The notes beneath the pieces are model-generated. The model was not told the origin of the DNA and made no database searches. It saw only the letters and a list, made by a program, of their open reading frames with translations. A DNA stretch of 49,417 nucleotides from a virus (taxonomy: Duplodnaviria > Caudoviricetes), in the IMG/VR virus record IMGVR_UViG_3300046779_000207, positions 1 through 49,417 of that record. The stretch is one strand, 5' to 3'. This document shows positions 36,594 to 46,967 of the stretch, in pieces. Made by a program: the position numbers and the translations under genes. How positions within the stretch are numbered: position 1 is the stretch's first letter; the number at the start of each line of letters is the position of its first letter.

Positions 36594-39500
36594 TTGTTTG
36601 TTAATGAAGCACTAAAGACCCATCTAGAAACATCTTCAACTGTTCAGTTGCAGTCTTTAGTTTTGGCTGAGTGGAATATGAATATGCCAGATAATATATT
36701 TAAACTTGGCAACTACAGATATAGACCAACCACACCAGGATCAACATATTATACTCTTCCAAATACTTTTGATAATGCTGATACTGGAAACTTCTATACT
36801 GGAGCAACCAACGCAGACATTACTGTAGATGGCGGATACACAGATCTTGATGTTCCGCAGTCTTTTACATCTTCAAATCAAAAAATGAATATGATTTACT
36901 CTCTAGAAGATTGTATTAAACCATTCAGACCACGTTCTGGAATTAATAAACCATTGTATTTTAATAATAAGTTCTTGCCTAATTCTGGTGCAAGTATGGC
37001 TCAACGTCCAAGATACTATATGCCATCAAGATATGATCAGTTTAAATACTGGACTTCATATAGAACAGAGTCAAGTATAGAGCGTGGAATTGCAAAGAAT
37101 AAGCAAAACTCTTTATTCTATATTGATGATGCTGTTCCTTTTGTAGTGTATAAAAATAATGTACCAGCAAACAAACTTGTTGTTAAAATGCAGACAAATG
37201 TTGGTGATGTTAATCTTGGCCCATTTAAAAATGGTTCAACTGAATTTGCTGATCCATTTTTTGGTGCAGCCAATAAGACAACTCCAACAAGATGGAAGAT
37301 TCAATGCCTCAAGGATAATAACTGGGTAGATGCTTATACAATTAAAGAAGGCGATACCCGTGAAGATGGATCTGCAATTATTGGTTCTAACGGATATGTT
37401 GAACTTGAGTACGGATTAATCATTCCAGAAGAATATAAAGATTCTTTTATTTTTGCTGAGCGGTATTCATCAGATACACTCCTACCATCACAATCTATAG
37501 AGGGATACGCATACCTTGTAGTAGAAAATGATGGAGACAGGGGGCTATTCTATATCTGGACAAATGGAGAGTATGAAACCTTTACACCAGAGTATGGCTG
37601 GATACTTGGCTCAGAGTCAATTACAAACAACTCGGGGTTTGTTACAGATCTAACATCTCCAGACTCATTCACAGATACAGTTGCTGGCGGCACTACTTAT
37701 AGAGAGTTCCAATATCTTCGTGGTATAAGAATAGTTGTAGAGACTATGAATAAGTTTGATTCAACATTTGACCTTATTGAAATGTCACCAAGACTTGTTG
37801 TTGATATATCAGATAAAGTGATTGATTTTAAGATTACTAAAACTCTTTCTGATATTGGTGTTACATCACTTCCAGTTGGTCAGTTACTTGCTTCAAATGG
37901 AACTATCACAGTATTCGATGATGATCAGGCTTTCAATGAAGAAAATACAACTAGCATTATCTCTAGTTATATAAGAAAGAATATTAAGTTTAACTTTTAT
38001 GAAACAGTTCTTGATGTTGACGGGTACGATTACTTTATTCCCATCAAGACACTATACTCTGAAGGTTTTCCACAGGCAGACGTAACTGCTGGAACAATTT
38101 CTATTAATCTGAGAGACTTCTTCTTTTTCTTAGAATCAATGCCTGCGCCAAGACTTCTTACAACACAAACATCTTTAAGTTATGCAGTTACCTTACTTCT
38201 TGATTATATTGGTGTTAGTAACTATACCTTTAAAAGAGTTACCAATGAGTCAGAGCCAGTAATCCCATTTTTCTTTGTTGCTCCAGATCAAAACGTTGCA
38301 CAAGTCCTAAATCAGATAGCGCTTGCAACACAAACAGCAATGTTCTTTGATGAATATAATAACTTTGTTGTAATGAGTAAAGATTATATGATGCCGTCTG
38401 CAACACAGAGATCTACAGACTTTGTTATTTCTGGATCTAATAATCAGACTGACTCTGGCGTTATTGAGAATGCAACATCTGGAAACCTTCCAAATATTAT
38501 TTCCATAGCATCACAAGATAATAAAATTTATAACGATGGAAAGATTAATTACACAGCCAGATACATTCAAAGATCTTATGGTGTAATCCGTGATGCACAT
38601 AAACTTGACCGTGATAAGACCTGGGTATATAAGCCATCATTGCTTTGGGAATCAGCAGGAACTGAAAATCTTAAAACCATAAACGAGGTAGCAGCAAAGC
38701 AATCTGCATATAGCCTTTCAGCAATTCCAATCAATTCAGATGTACCAAATACCCCACCAACAGTGGTAAAAAATGTTTTAACAAATAACATTATTGATCT
38801 TGGAGAAAATGTTTATTGGCTAACTAGATATCAGGGATATGTATACTCAAATGGAGAAGTGATCAAGTTTGATGCAGCCCAATTTAATATTACAGGAACA
38901 GGCAATGTTTGGATATCAAGCAATCAGGAATACCAGAAGTATTTCTCATCATTGCCATTTAATGGAAAGATTTATCCTACAGGTCTAATAAGAATTTATG
39001 CTGTTCCTTATTATGAAACAGTTGATGGCGTAGTTAGAATGCAAAACGGGGCAGTAGTTGAGCACGGTCGTGGACAATTTGGTACAGCCATAACTTCCCA
39101 TACTGCTGGCATAGATCCATACTGGTCTAACAATGACTATGTACGTGGATGTAGCATGGAGTCACAATATCTATTTACAACACAACTAGATTCAGAGGTT
39201 ACTTTACCAGCAACATCTGTTGGAGCAGCAGGTGTTGACAATGTTACTGCAAAACAAACAACAAGAAACGGCATCATTAAAAACTTTATGGCAACAAACT
39301 ACCTAACGGAGACTGCTGTAAGTAATCTTAAATCAACAGATACTGGAACAGTCCAGTCTTCAGCACTTGTTATGAATGGTCCATCATTTAAAACAACTGA
39401 AATACCACTAAACTTTGTTTCTTATGTTTATAAAAATCTTAATAATGCATATAAGCAATTTGGAACTAGACTACGTATAGTTGGTAAAATTGAAAATAGC

Positions 39501-40904
39501 ACAACAAGAACTCAGACCCCAATTGGAAGTACCACATATTTCCAAGCACCAGGAGCACAGCCAAACCAAAATGTAAACATTGGTGGTGGTTCAGGTGGTC
39601 TTGCAGTTCTTCTTAATCCTGAAACAAATAATGGATACTACTTTGAGATTGTTGCATTAACAGAAGATAATATTAACTCATACCTAAAGTTAAACACTAA
39701 GAACGAGGCTGAACTTTCAATTAATAATATTATGTTCTATAAAGTTAAAAAAGAGTCATCTTCTGACAAGGCCATACCAGTAAAACTTTGGGGTGGACTC
39801 TCTAAGATACTTGTTGACGATGGTAGATTTACTGGTCAATATAGAGTTAGTGGAGAAGAAAACCCTACAGTTTATGATCTTTCAGTAGAGTATAAAGACA
39901 TTGGAAAGATCAGAAGATTCTATTTATACATTAATAATAAACTTGTTAAGGTTGTTGATGACACAGATCCACTTCCAATCTATAATAATATGGCTCTATT
40001 TACTCGTGGTTCATCAAGAGTAATGTTTGAAAACATTTATGCTCTTTCAGAAAACTATTCACAAAATACTGTGTTTACAGTTGGAGAAACTTTATCTAGT
40101 GCATTTGGTGATAAGCAGATTGACGCAAGCGAGTCTTTTAGAAAGTATGCCATGAGTGGAATGGTCCAATCAACATATTTATCTGGTATTAGCGCTCAAG
40201 AACCACCAAAGTACAATTTATATTTTGATGAATTTGGAACTATTATGCGTGAAGCAGCATACTTTGATGTTAAGTATGATCGTGCATACCCAGCGCTGTA
40301 TGCTCAACTATCTCCAACATTTAATAGAATCAAAGGCTACACAACTTCTGGATTCCAGGCTGACTCATATGGGGCAGAGTTCTTAATATTTAACTCAACC
40401 GACACATGGCTAAACCTTGATGAAACAAGTGGTAACTTCTTAAGAATTCAGGGTATTACATTTACACAGGATACAACACACGAACTTACAGTAGATGAAT
40501 ACTTCCAGAAGCGTGGAAATCTATCTGACCCAGAATTCAAGGGTAGCGCAATAGCATACTCTCCATTAGTAGAGAAATCTAAGTATGATGAGATTAGACA
40601 AAGTAGAATGATCTACGGCAAGAATGAGTTTGCTATTGATAGTATATACATTCAGACACAGGATGATGCAGAAGCCCTTATGGGGTGGATTATCAATAAG
40701 GTTATGAAGCCAAAGAAGTCTATTGGAGTTAATCTATTCTCAATCCCTACTTTGCAATTGGGAGATATAGTTACTGTTAACTACAAGGATTCTTCTGGGC
40801 TAGACCTAGTAACATCTTCTTCAACAAGGTTTGTAGTCTATAATATAGATTATACGAGAAGTCCTAATGGACCAAGTATGACAGTTTATTTAAGTGAGGT
40901 GTAA
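36594..40904 (+). CDS. Large tail tip/hub protein
   Basis: 1436 aa. VLNQIALATQTAMFFDEYNNF and PTLQLGDIVTVNY hub-like motifs; synteny. Confidence 0.65.
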   Translation: MFVNEALKTHLETSSTVQLQSLVLAEWNMNMPDNIFKLGNYRYRPTTPGSTYYTLPNTFDNADTGNFYTGATNADITVDGGYTDLDVPQSFTSSNQKMNMIYSLEDCIKPFRPRSGINKPLYFNNKFLPNSGASMAQRPRYYMPSRYDQFKYWTSYRTESSIERGIAKNKQNSLFYIDDAVPFVVYKNNVPANKLVVKMQTNVGDVNLGPFKNGSTEFADPFFGAANKTTPTRWKIQCLKDNNWVDAYTIKEGDTREDGSAIIGSNGYVELEYGLIIPEEYKDSFIFAERYSSDTLLPSQSIEGYAYLVVENDGDRGLFYIWTNGEYETFTPEYGWILGSESITNNSGFVTDLTSPDSFTDTVAGGTTYREFQYLRGIRIVVETMNKFDSTFDLIEMSPRLVVDISDKVIDFKITKTLSDIGVTSLPVGQLLASNGTITVFDDDQAFNEENTTSIISSYIRKNIKFNFYETVLDVDGYDYFIPIKTLYSEGFPQADVTAGTISINLRDFFFFLESMPAPRLLTTQTSLSYAVTLLLDYIGVSNYTFKRVTNESEPVIPFFFVAPDQNVAQVLNQIALATQTAMFFDEYNNFVVMSKDYMMPSATQRSTDFVISGSNNQTDSGVIENATSGNLPNIISIASQDNKIYNDGKINYTARYIQRSYGVIRDAHKLDRDKTWVYKPSLLWESAGTENLKTINEVAAKQSAYSLSAIPINSDVPNTPPTVVKNVLTNNIIDLGENVYWLTRYQGYVYSNGEVIKFDAAQFNITGTGNVWISSNQEYQKYFSSLPFNGKIYPTGLIRIYAVPYYETVDGVVRMQNGAVVEHGRGQFGTAITSHTAGIDPYWSNNDYVRGCSMESQYLFTTQLDSEVTLPATSVGAAGVDNVTAKQTTRNGIIKNFMATNYLTETAVSNLKSTDTGTVQSSALVMNGPSFKTTEIPLNFVSYVYKNLNNAYKQFGTRLRIVGKIENSTTRTQTPIGSTTYFQAPGAQPNQNVNIGGGSGGLAVLLNPETNNGYYFEIVALTEDNINSYLKLNTKNEAELSINNIMFYKVKKESSSDKAIPVKLWGGLSKILVDDGRFTGQYRVSGEENPTVYDLSVEYKDIGKIRRFYLYINNKLVKVVDDTDPLPIYNNMALFTRGSSRVMFENIYALSENYSQNTVFTVGETLSSAFGDKQIDASESFRKYAMSGMVQSTYLSGISAQEPPKYNLYFDEFGTIMREAAYFDVKYDRAYPALYAQLSPTFNRIKGYTTSGFQADSYGAEFLIFNSTDTWLNLDETSGNFLRIQGITFTQDTTHELTVDEYFQKRGNLSDPEFKGSAIAYSPLVEKSKYDEIRQSRMIYGKNEFAIDSIYIQTQDDAEALMGWIINKVMKPKKSIGVNLFSIPTLQLGDIVTVNYKDSSGLDLVTSSSTRFVVYNIDYTRSPNGPSMTVYLSEV

Positions 40905-40907
40905 TAG

Positions 40908-41825
40908 ATGCCTATAGCAGACATGGATCCATCAGACGCTAAACTTGTATCACAGGCTAGATCGGCTGCTGCTGCAAAGGCTACATCCGCATCTGCAAAA
41001 CAACCTGCTGCATCTGCTAATATTGCATCTGTAGTTGCACAAGCAAATGCATTAAAAGCAAAAATGGAAGCACAAGTTGCTGCATTAGAAAAGCAACAGT
41101 CAGCCGCACTTGTCATACAGGCTTCAGCAGCAGGTGCTACTGGAGATTATTCAAAATTAAATAAAATTATTAAAGATCCTGCAGCATATCAGGCATTTAA
41201 AGATGCTCGTTCAGAAAGAATTACAGAAACAAGAATTGCTAATACACCACTAAAGCCTTCAACAACAACTGTAACTCCAACAAGTACAGGCATATCATAT
41301 GGCGGAGGTGGTGGATCTACGCCAACACCAACACCTGCAACCCCAACAACAGTATCACCAGCAGTTGCTCCAGTAGTTGTTGTGCCACCAGTTAAGACTG
41401 CTCCAATAGACACTGTTTTATTTAATGATGAGCAAGTCCCAATTGAGGTTATGAGTGACCTTATCTTTGAAGATATTGGTGGACATGAACTAATTAATAT
41501 TGCACGTAATGATATTATTAATGGCCAAGATATATCTTATCAACCAATTAAAAATTTAACATCTGTACAACAGCAATACAACCCAAATAACATACTTAGC
41601 GTTCAGTCAACATCTGATAAATACTTTTCTAACTTTGCTATTAAATTAGAGAATAAGACTCCAAATGTTGGAAATGGCCCATTCGGATCCAACGTATATC
41701 TGGATACCACAACAGGGGCACTAACAATTGACAGCATAAACCTTGAGTCTGATGAGCAGATAGAGATAGAAATTACTACAAGTGGTACAATATATGAAGC
41801 AGATTTAACTGGGAGCGAATCATGA
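40908..41825 (+). CDS. Tail-associated protein with Ala/Thr/Pro low-complexity N-terminal half
   Basis: GAGGTG SD; lies within the tail operon. Confidence 0.6.
   Translation: MPIADMDPSDAKLVSQARSAAAAKATSASAKQPAASANIASVVAQANALKAKMEAQVAALEKQQSAALVIQASAAGATGDYSKLNKIIKDPAAYQAFKDARSERITETRIANTPLKPSTTTVTPTSTGISYGGGGGSTPTPTPATPTTVSPAVAPVVVVPPVKTAPIDTVLFNDEQVPIEVMSDLIFEDIGGHELINIARNDIINGQDISYQPIKNLTSVQQQYNPNNILSVQSTSDKYFSNFAIKLENKTPNVGNGPFGSNVYLDTTTGALTIDSINLESDEQIEIEITTSGTIYEADLTGSES
41783..41791 (+). promoter_or_regulatory. Possible extended -10 TGGTACAAT within CDS end
   Basis: Motif match 30 nt before the 41822 start. Confidence 0.45.
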
Positions 41826-42967
41826 TTACTAACACTGGCAAGTCTATTATTGGCAAGTACCTACTTGGACAGGCTCCAGCCTATGCCTCATACCTTGCTG
41901 TAGGCTGTGGACCAACTCCGTTGGCTACTGGAGATACCCCTGCAGACTTTGCAACAAAGCAAAACCTAGACTTTGAGATGTTCCGTATTCCTATTTCTTC
42001 CAGGGGATTTGTAAATGAATCTGGAGTATCAAAGATTGTACTAACAGCAGAACTACCTACTGAAGAAAGATACGAAATCACAGAAGTAGGAATATACTCA
42101 GCAGGTTCTAACCCATCTGCTGGAGCATACGATAGTAAGACCGTATTTGCATTTACAACTGGAGAGAACTGGCAGCATCATACTGCTGTTGCAGCAACTG
42201 CAATTGATACAGTTTCAGCACCACTTGATGATCCAGAAGATAATAACGTTATTGCTATAGCAGATGCAGTGTTTCAGACTAATGCAGATAATGCTATTTT
42301 CTATAAGCCATCCCGTGCAGATAGATATGAAAGATGCAGATTCTTAAATAATACAATTTTAATGCAAGGTGATGATGCAGATATAACTATTAGCGAAGAC
42401 AGTGGACCAACACTTGATCACTTTGTTGTAGAGGCTGGATCTAACCATATTCACTTGACTGGTGCAAATGTTGACTTCACAAGAAACTCACCAATTGATG
42501 AACTTCGTTTAGCATTTTCTTTAATTAGTAAAGACGGAGACTCTCTATCTGTTCCAGATACAGTTAGAATCCTTGTTGACTTTTCTTCAACAGATACTGG
42601 AAGTGGAGAGTTTGCAAGGTTTGAAGCAGAACTTACAAATGGAACAGATCCTGGAGAATATGATTTTACAACCAATAGATATTTTGTTGTATCAAAACAA
42701 CTTCAAGAACTATATACAACTGCAAACTTTACATGGAATGCGGTAACAGTTGTTAAGATTTATGCCTGCGTTATTGATGCAGGAGTTCCTTCTGAGGATT
42801 ATTACATTGGACTTGATGCAATCAGACTTGAGAATATTGCAACTACAAATCCAATTTATGGCCTAACAGGATATTCAGTTATCCAAAACACAGATGCAGA
42901 AACTGTGGTTAAGTCTCCTAATACAAGTAACTATGTAGAATTTAGATTCTCAATCGGTGTAACGTAA
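41822..42967 (+). CDS. Baseplate/fibre-attachment-like protein
   Basis: MITNTGK....YLAVGCG...EMFRIPI...TAELP...ITEVGIY resembles N-terminal fibre-attachment domains. ATGA overlap. Confidence 0.55.
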   Translation: MITNTGKSIIGKYLLGQAPAYASYLAVGCGPTPLATGDTPADFATKQNLDFEMFRIPISSRGFVNESGVSKIVLTAELPTEERYEITEVGIYSAGSNPSAGAYDSKTVFAFTTGENWQHHTAVAATAIDTVSAPLDDPEDNNVIAIADAVFQTNADNAIFYKPSRADRYERCRFLNNTILMQGDDADITISEDSGPTLDHFVVEAGSNHIHLTGANVDFTRNSPIDELRLAFSLISKDGDSLSVPDTVRILVDFSSTDTGSGEFARFEAELTNGTDPGEYDFTTNRYFVVSKQLQELYTTANFTWNAVTVVKIYACVIDAGVPSEDYYIGLDAIRLENIATTNPIYGLTGYSVIQNTDAETVVKSPNTSNYVEFRFSIGVT

Positions 42968-43728
42968 TGGCTGCTGATTCAGGAATTAAAAAAGCCAAAG
43001 TTCCTAGAGCAGATCTTCCTGCAATAAGCAGTGAAACTGAAGGGTATAGTATAAGATACAGAGTTGTCTCTGAAGATAAAAACCGTGTATCTCATTGGTC
43101 ACCAGTATACTTAATTAAACCAGAATATACTTTTGTTCCAGGATCAATAAAGTTTTCTTCAGGAAGTCAAGTAGCAAATGTTATTTGGGATGCAGTAACA
43201 GTTTTAAAAGATACGGCAACTGTTCAGACAATTAATAACAAAGTCTTAAATACAAATATTGCAACCATAACAACTTCTGGCGCACATTATATGAAGGTTG
43301 GTGACTGGGTAACTGTCTCTGGAGTTGACTCCACCTTTAACGGTACTTATCAATTAACTGCAGTTACTGCTAATACATTTAGTTATTATAAAAATAATGG
43401 AAATATTGCCTCTGCAGCAGTCAGCCCACTAGGTACCTATAAAAGAAACTCTGTAATTAGCAAGTCACATGAGTACGATATCTGGGTTCGCTGGGATAGA
43501 AATGACGGTGGAGATTGGGTATATAAAGAAAGAATTGATGGAACAAATATATCTTTCCCACATCAATCAACATATACTATTAATAATGTTGTTCAATCAT
43601 CTGCTCCAAATAGACTTAGCGTTGAGGTATATCTAAAAGGATATCCATTGAGAAGAGGAGACGGAGTTCCACTAGCATCAGGTACCCCATTCCTAAAGGT
43701 TTATAGGTTGCTAAATGAGACCATCTAG
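42967..43728 (+). CDS. Putative minor tail protein
   Basis: TAATG-coupled. Internal ATITT..AH....GDWVTVSGV...FNGTY.LTAVTANTFSY module. Confidence 0.55.
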   Translation: MAADSGIKKAKVPRADLPAISSETEGYSIRYRVVSEDKNRVSHWSPVYLIKPEYTFVPGSIKFSSGSQVANVIWDAVTVLKDTATVQTINNKVLNTNIATITTSGAHYMKVGDWVTVSGVDSTFNGTYQLTAVTANTFSYYKNNGNIASAAVSPLGTYKRNSVISKSHEYDIWVRWDRNDGGDWVYKERIDGTNISFPHQSTYTINNVVQSSAPNRLSVEVYLKGYPLRRGDGVPLASGTPFLKVYRLLNETI

Positions 43729-43737
43729 TGATATAAT
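43708..43737 (+). promoter_or_regulatory. Promoter TTGCTA-N18-TATAAT (TG-extended); leaderless
   Basis: TGATATAAT 43729-43737, 8 nt before ATG 43746. Confidence 0.7.
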
Positions 43738-43745
43738 GGATATAT

Positions 43746-44189
43746 ATGGCTAAAGTACCGCTTCCAGAACGAGGTCAACCCCTAGACGTTACATACGTTT
43801 ATCAGTTGGCTAACGCAATTAATGACCTGTCAACACAGGTTTCTTCTGCAACCTACAACTATACAACTGTAGAAACTGTTAGTGCAGGAAAGCAAAGTAT
43901 TAAAACATCCGAGGCTCGCATGATCGGTGGCTACGTAGAGGTAGCAAATAACAGTACAGTAACAGCGTCATCTGAAAAAACATTTTCCTATGACTTTGCA
44001 AGCGACTTTAAGTATCAACCAATAGTAACTGCTACTGCAGTCAATATCGGAAATACTCCTGCTGGACAGAATGTAACTGTTATCTTAAAGACAGTTACTA
44101 CATCAAGAGTAGAAGGTATTGTTAGATTCGGTGCATCTGGAGATCTTTCTCTTGCAGTTAATTTAATTATTATTGGTATTCCAAACTAA
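43746..44189 (+). CDS. Putative minor tail protein (H-type-lectin/gp53-like C-terminus)
   Basis: F...FKYQPIVTATA...VNLIIIG beta-rich pattern. Confidence 0.5.
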   Translation: MAKVPLPERGQPLDVTYVYQLANAINDLSTQVSSATYNYTTVETVSAGKQSIKTSEARMIGGYVEVANNSTVTASSEKTFSYDFASDFKYQPIVTATAVNIGNTPAGQNVTVILKTVTTSRVEGIVRFGASGDLSLAVNLIIIGIPN

Positions 44190-44201
44190 ACAAGGTGGGT
44201 T

Positions 44202-44393
44202 ATGATTATTTGCAATAAATGCAAAGGTCGTATGTTTGTTGATAGACAATACAGTACGACTGAGCATATAGAAACTTTTTGCATCCTATGCGGTGCACGT
44301 ACGTTCTTTCACCCACCTTCAGAAAGTGAGCAAGGTAGATGGATACTGCAAAGGGAAAAATCCAGAGCCAGCAATACAATAACGAGCCTGTAA
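44202..44393 (+). CDS. Small Zn-ribbon protein
   Basis: CNKCKGRM...FCILCG. Confidence 0.7.
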   Translation: MIICNKCKGRMFVDRQYSTTEHIETFCILCGARTFFHPPSESEQGRWILQREKSRASNTITSL

Positions 44394-44881
44394 TAAAAGG
44401 AAACCAGAAGGTCTGGTTTTTAAATGGGGATCTCGTAAGGTTGTATCATAGTTCACGTTCTACTGGAATGGTAACTGTTTATAACATTAACAAAGATAGG
44501 ATTGAGACATGTCTCCGTTCTGACTTTAGAAAAAATAGACAAAGAGCATATACTATAGCAGAAACTGCAATACTTGTCAATAGACACAGAAAGTATATGC
44601 CAAGTTTAATTAAACGAGGAGTCATACCTCCTCCAGTTGGTTCAAGCATTGGTGGAAAAACTGGTTTTCAGATTAGGGCTTATTACTCAGAAGATCACGT
44701 TAGAGATATCCGTGCTATACTTGCAAGTATACATATTGGACAACCAAGAAAAGATGGTTTAATAACAAACAATATGACTCCTACTAACCAAGAATTGACA
44801 AGGCGTATGGGAGACGGTATACTTACATATACGAAGACTGAAGATGGAAGGTTTATTCCAGTTTGGTCTGAAAATATTTAA
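44339..44881 (+). CDS. DNA-binding protein (MerR/excisionase-like HTH)
   Basis: AYTIAETAILVNRHRKYMPSLIKRGVIPPP...RAYYSEDHV. Confidence 0.65.
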   Translation: MDTAKGKIQSQQYNNEPVIKGNQKVWFLNGDLVRLYHSSRSTGMVTVYNINKDRIETCLRSDFRKNRQRAYTIAETAILVNRHRKYMPSLIKRGVIPPPVGSSIGGKTGFQIRAYYSEDHVRDIRAILASIHIGQPRKDGLITNNMTPTNQELTRRMGDGILTYTKTEDGRFIPVWSENI

Positions 44882-44901
44882 AACTATGAAATGGGTGGGT
44901 A

Positions 44902-45111
44902 ATGGAAAACGATTCAACTAAAGTAAATGTAACGCTAGGTTATACTCTTAATCTGGGTAATTTCCAGTCATTGAGACTTGATCTTGGCGTTGTTGATTCA
45001 AAGCGTGATGGTGAGACTACTGAGCAGGCATTTGAACGTGTCTACAAGTTCGTAGAAGATAAACTCACTGAGAAGATTAAAGAAGCACAAGAAGAGGCTG
45101 CAGAAGGTTAA
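44902..45111 (+). CDS. Conserved-looking small phage protein
   Basis: VTLGYTLNLGNFQSLRLD...AFERVYKFVE; in operon. Confidence 0.7.
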   Translation: MENDSTKVNVTLGYTLNLGNFQSLRLDLGVVDSKRDGETTEQAFERVYKFVEDKLTEKIKEAQEEAAEG

Positions 45112-45113
45112 AA

Positions 45114-45422
45114 ATGGCTGAACGCAAAGACCGTATGGCTTTGCTCAGCAGGTATAGCAAACTGCATACTGCAAAGTATGAGCAAAAGCCATCTCTTAAT
45201 TTAAATGTTGAGCAGTGGGCTTCTGATGCTCTTGTTGAATCATATGGCATTTCTGAGTGCTATGATCTTCTTGAGTACTACTTTAGCGTTGCACAGGAAC
45301 CTTCTTGGAACTACTTTGCATATAATGCAGAGAAAATCCTTAATGGTAAAAAAGAATATATATCAGATTTAAAAGAACGTGAAGAGCGTAGAGCATTAGC
45401 GAGGAAGTGGCTTAGTGAATAA
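45114..45422 (+). CDS. Hypothetical protein, possible helicase partner/loader
   Basis: Overlaps the helicase start; function inferred from position only. Confidence 0.6.
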   Translation: MAERKDRMALLSRYSKLHTAKYEQKPSLNLNVEQWASDALVESYGISECYDLLEYYFSVAQEPSWNYFAYNAEKILNGKKEYISDLKEREERRALARKWLSE

Positions 45423-46635
45423 TACAGAGGCAAGAGTAATCTCAGCATTGTTGCAAGATAAGCAGATGCATGTTTTGCTACAGGCAAATGTTGAGAACCT
45501 TCTAAGAACTCATAATGATGTATGGAACTTCATTAGGCTCTATTTTGATAATAATGGCACAGTACCTCCAGCATCTTTGGTTGTAGAAAAGTTTAGAGAC
45601 TTTGAGCCAGTAGATGGGGTAGGTGCAACAAAGCACCACCTAGAAGAGTTACAGACAGAGTACCTTAACGATAGCCTAAAAGATATCCTACGGTCTGCTG
45701 CTGGAGAAGTGCAAGGTGGCGAGGGTACAAAGGCACTAGACGAACTAATCACCAAGACTTCAGAACTAAAGAAGAATACATCTGCTATACGTGACATTGA
45801 TGCTACAGACTTAGATTCAGCAGTAGCATATTATGAAAATGTTCAGAAGATGAAAGAAACTGGTCAGATTGGTATTAAGACTAACCTACCAGGGTTTGAC
45901 AACTACTTACCTTCTGGAATTATGCCTGGACAACTTGGAGTATTCCTTGCCTATCCTGGTATTGGTAAGTCATGGATGGCACTATACTTTGCAGTACAAG
46001 CATGGAAGCAAGGCAAGTCTCCACTGATTATCTCGCTTGAAATGTCAGAGACAGAAGTTCGTAACCGTATCTTTGCAATTATGGGTGAAGGTCTTTGGTC
46101 ACACCGTAAACTATCTAATGGTGAGATAGAGATTGATATGCTTAAGAAGTGGCACCAGAATAAGGTAGAAGGTCGTCCAGAGTTTCATATTATCTCTAAT
46201 GACTCTGGTGGCGAAGTAACTCCATCTATTATTCGTGGAAAGATTGATCAGTACAAGCCTGACTTCGTTGTAGTTGACTATCTTCAGTTGATGAGTCCAA
46301 ACCAAAAGGCTGATTCTGAAACGGTAAGAATGAAGAACCTTTCAAGAGAACTTAAACTTATGGCTATTGGTGAAGAAGTACCTATCATTGCTATCTCATC
46401 TGCAACACCAGATGATGTTAAGGATCTTAGTAGTGCACCAACACTTGGACAAACTGCTTGGTCTAGACAGATTGCTTATGATGCTGACTGGGTTATGGCT
46501 TTAGGTCGTGCAACAAATAGTGATATCATTGAATGCGTTTTTAGAAAGAACCGTAATGGTTTTATGGGTGACTTCTTAGTACAGGTAGACTTTGATAAGG
46601 GATACTATCGTTATAAAGATTATGAAGACAAGTAG
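45415..46635 (+). CDS. dnaB: DnaB-like replicative helicase
   Basis: Walker A AYPGIGKS, ISLEMS, VVVDYLQLM, SRELKLMA, IAYDAD, KNRNG. Confidence 0.92.
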   Translation: MNNTEARVISALLQDKQMHVLLQANVENLLRTHNDVWNFIRLYFDNNGTVPPASLVVEKFRDFEPVDGVGATKHHLEELQTEYLNDSLKDILRSAAGEVQGGEGTKALDELITKTSELKKNTSAIRDIDATDLDSAVAYYENVQKMKETGQIGIKTNLPGFDNYLPSGIMPGQLGVFLAYPGIGKSWMALYFAVQAWKQGKSPLIISLEMSETEVRNRIFAIMGEGLWSHRKLSNGEIEIDMLKKWHQNKVEGRPEFHIISNDSGGEVTPSIIRGKIDQYKPDFVVVDYLQLMSPNQKADSETVRMKNLSRELKLMAIGEEVPIIAISSATPDDVKDLSSAPTLGQTAWSRQIAYDADWVMALGRATNSDIIECVFRKNRNGFMGDFLVQVDFDKGYYRYKDYEDK

Positions 46636-46646
46636 TATAATAGGAT

Positions 46647-46967
46647 GTGTATCATCATAAGCCAATCCGAAACTTTGGCATAAGTGGAAACATTTATGAT
46701 GAAGCACACTTGCCAAGACTTAAAAATGAATATATTTGGCTTGTTGTCTCTCAGATGAGAGCAAAGGGGTATGTGCCAAGATTTGACATAGATCCTGACT
46801 TTACGGTACAATATAATGAGAACAAAGAAGTATTTGAGTTTGAACTAACAGTGTATGGAATATATGTAGGAAAAAGGAAAAGTGAATGGATAGCAGGAAT
46901 AGACGAACACAGGGCGATATCTATACAGAAGAACAAATCAGAAGAGTACTCAACGGAATCGGCGTAG
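46647..46967 (+). CDS. Hypothetical protein
   Basis: GTG start 5 nt after TATAAT (46636-46641); overlaps the primase 5' end. Confidence 0.65.
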   Translation: MYHHKPIRNFGISGNIYDEAHLPRLKNEYIWLVVSQMRAKGYVPRFDIDPDFTVQYNENKEVFEFELTVYGIYVGKRKSEWIAGIDEHRAISIQKNKSEEYSTESA

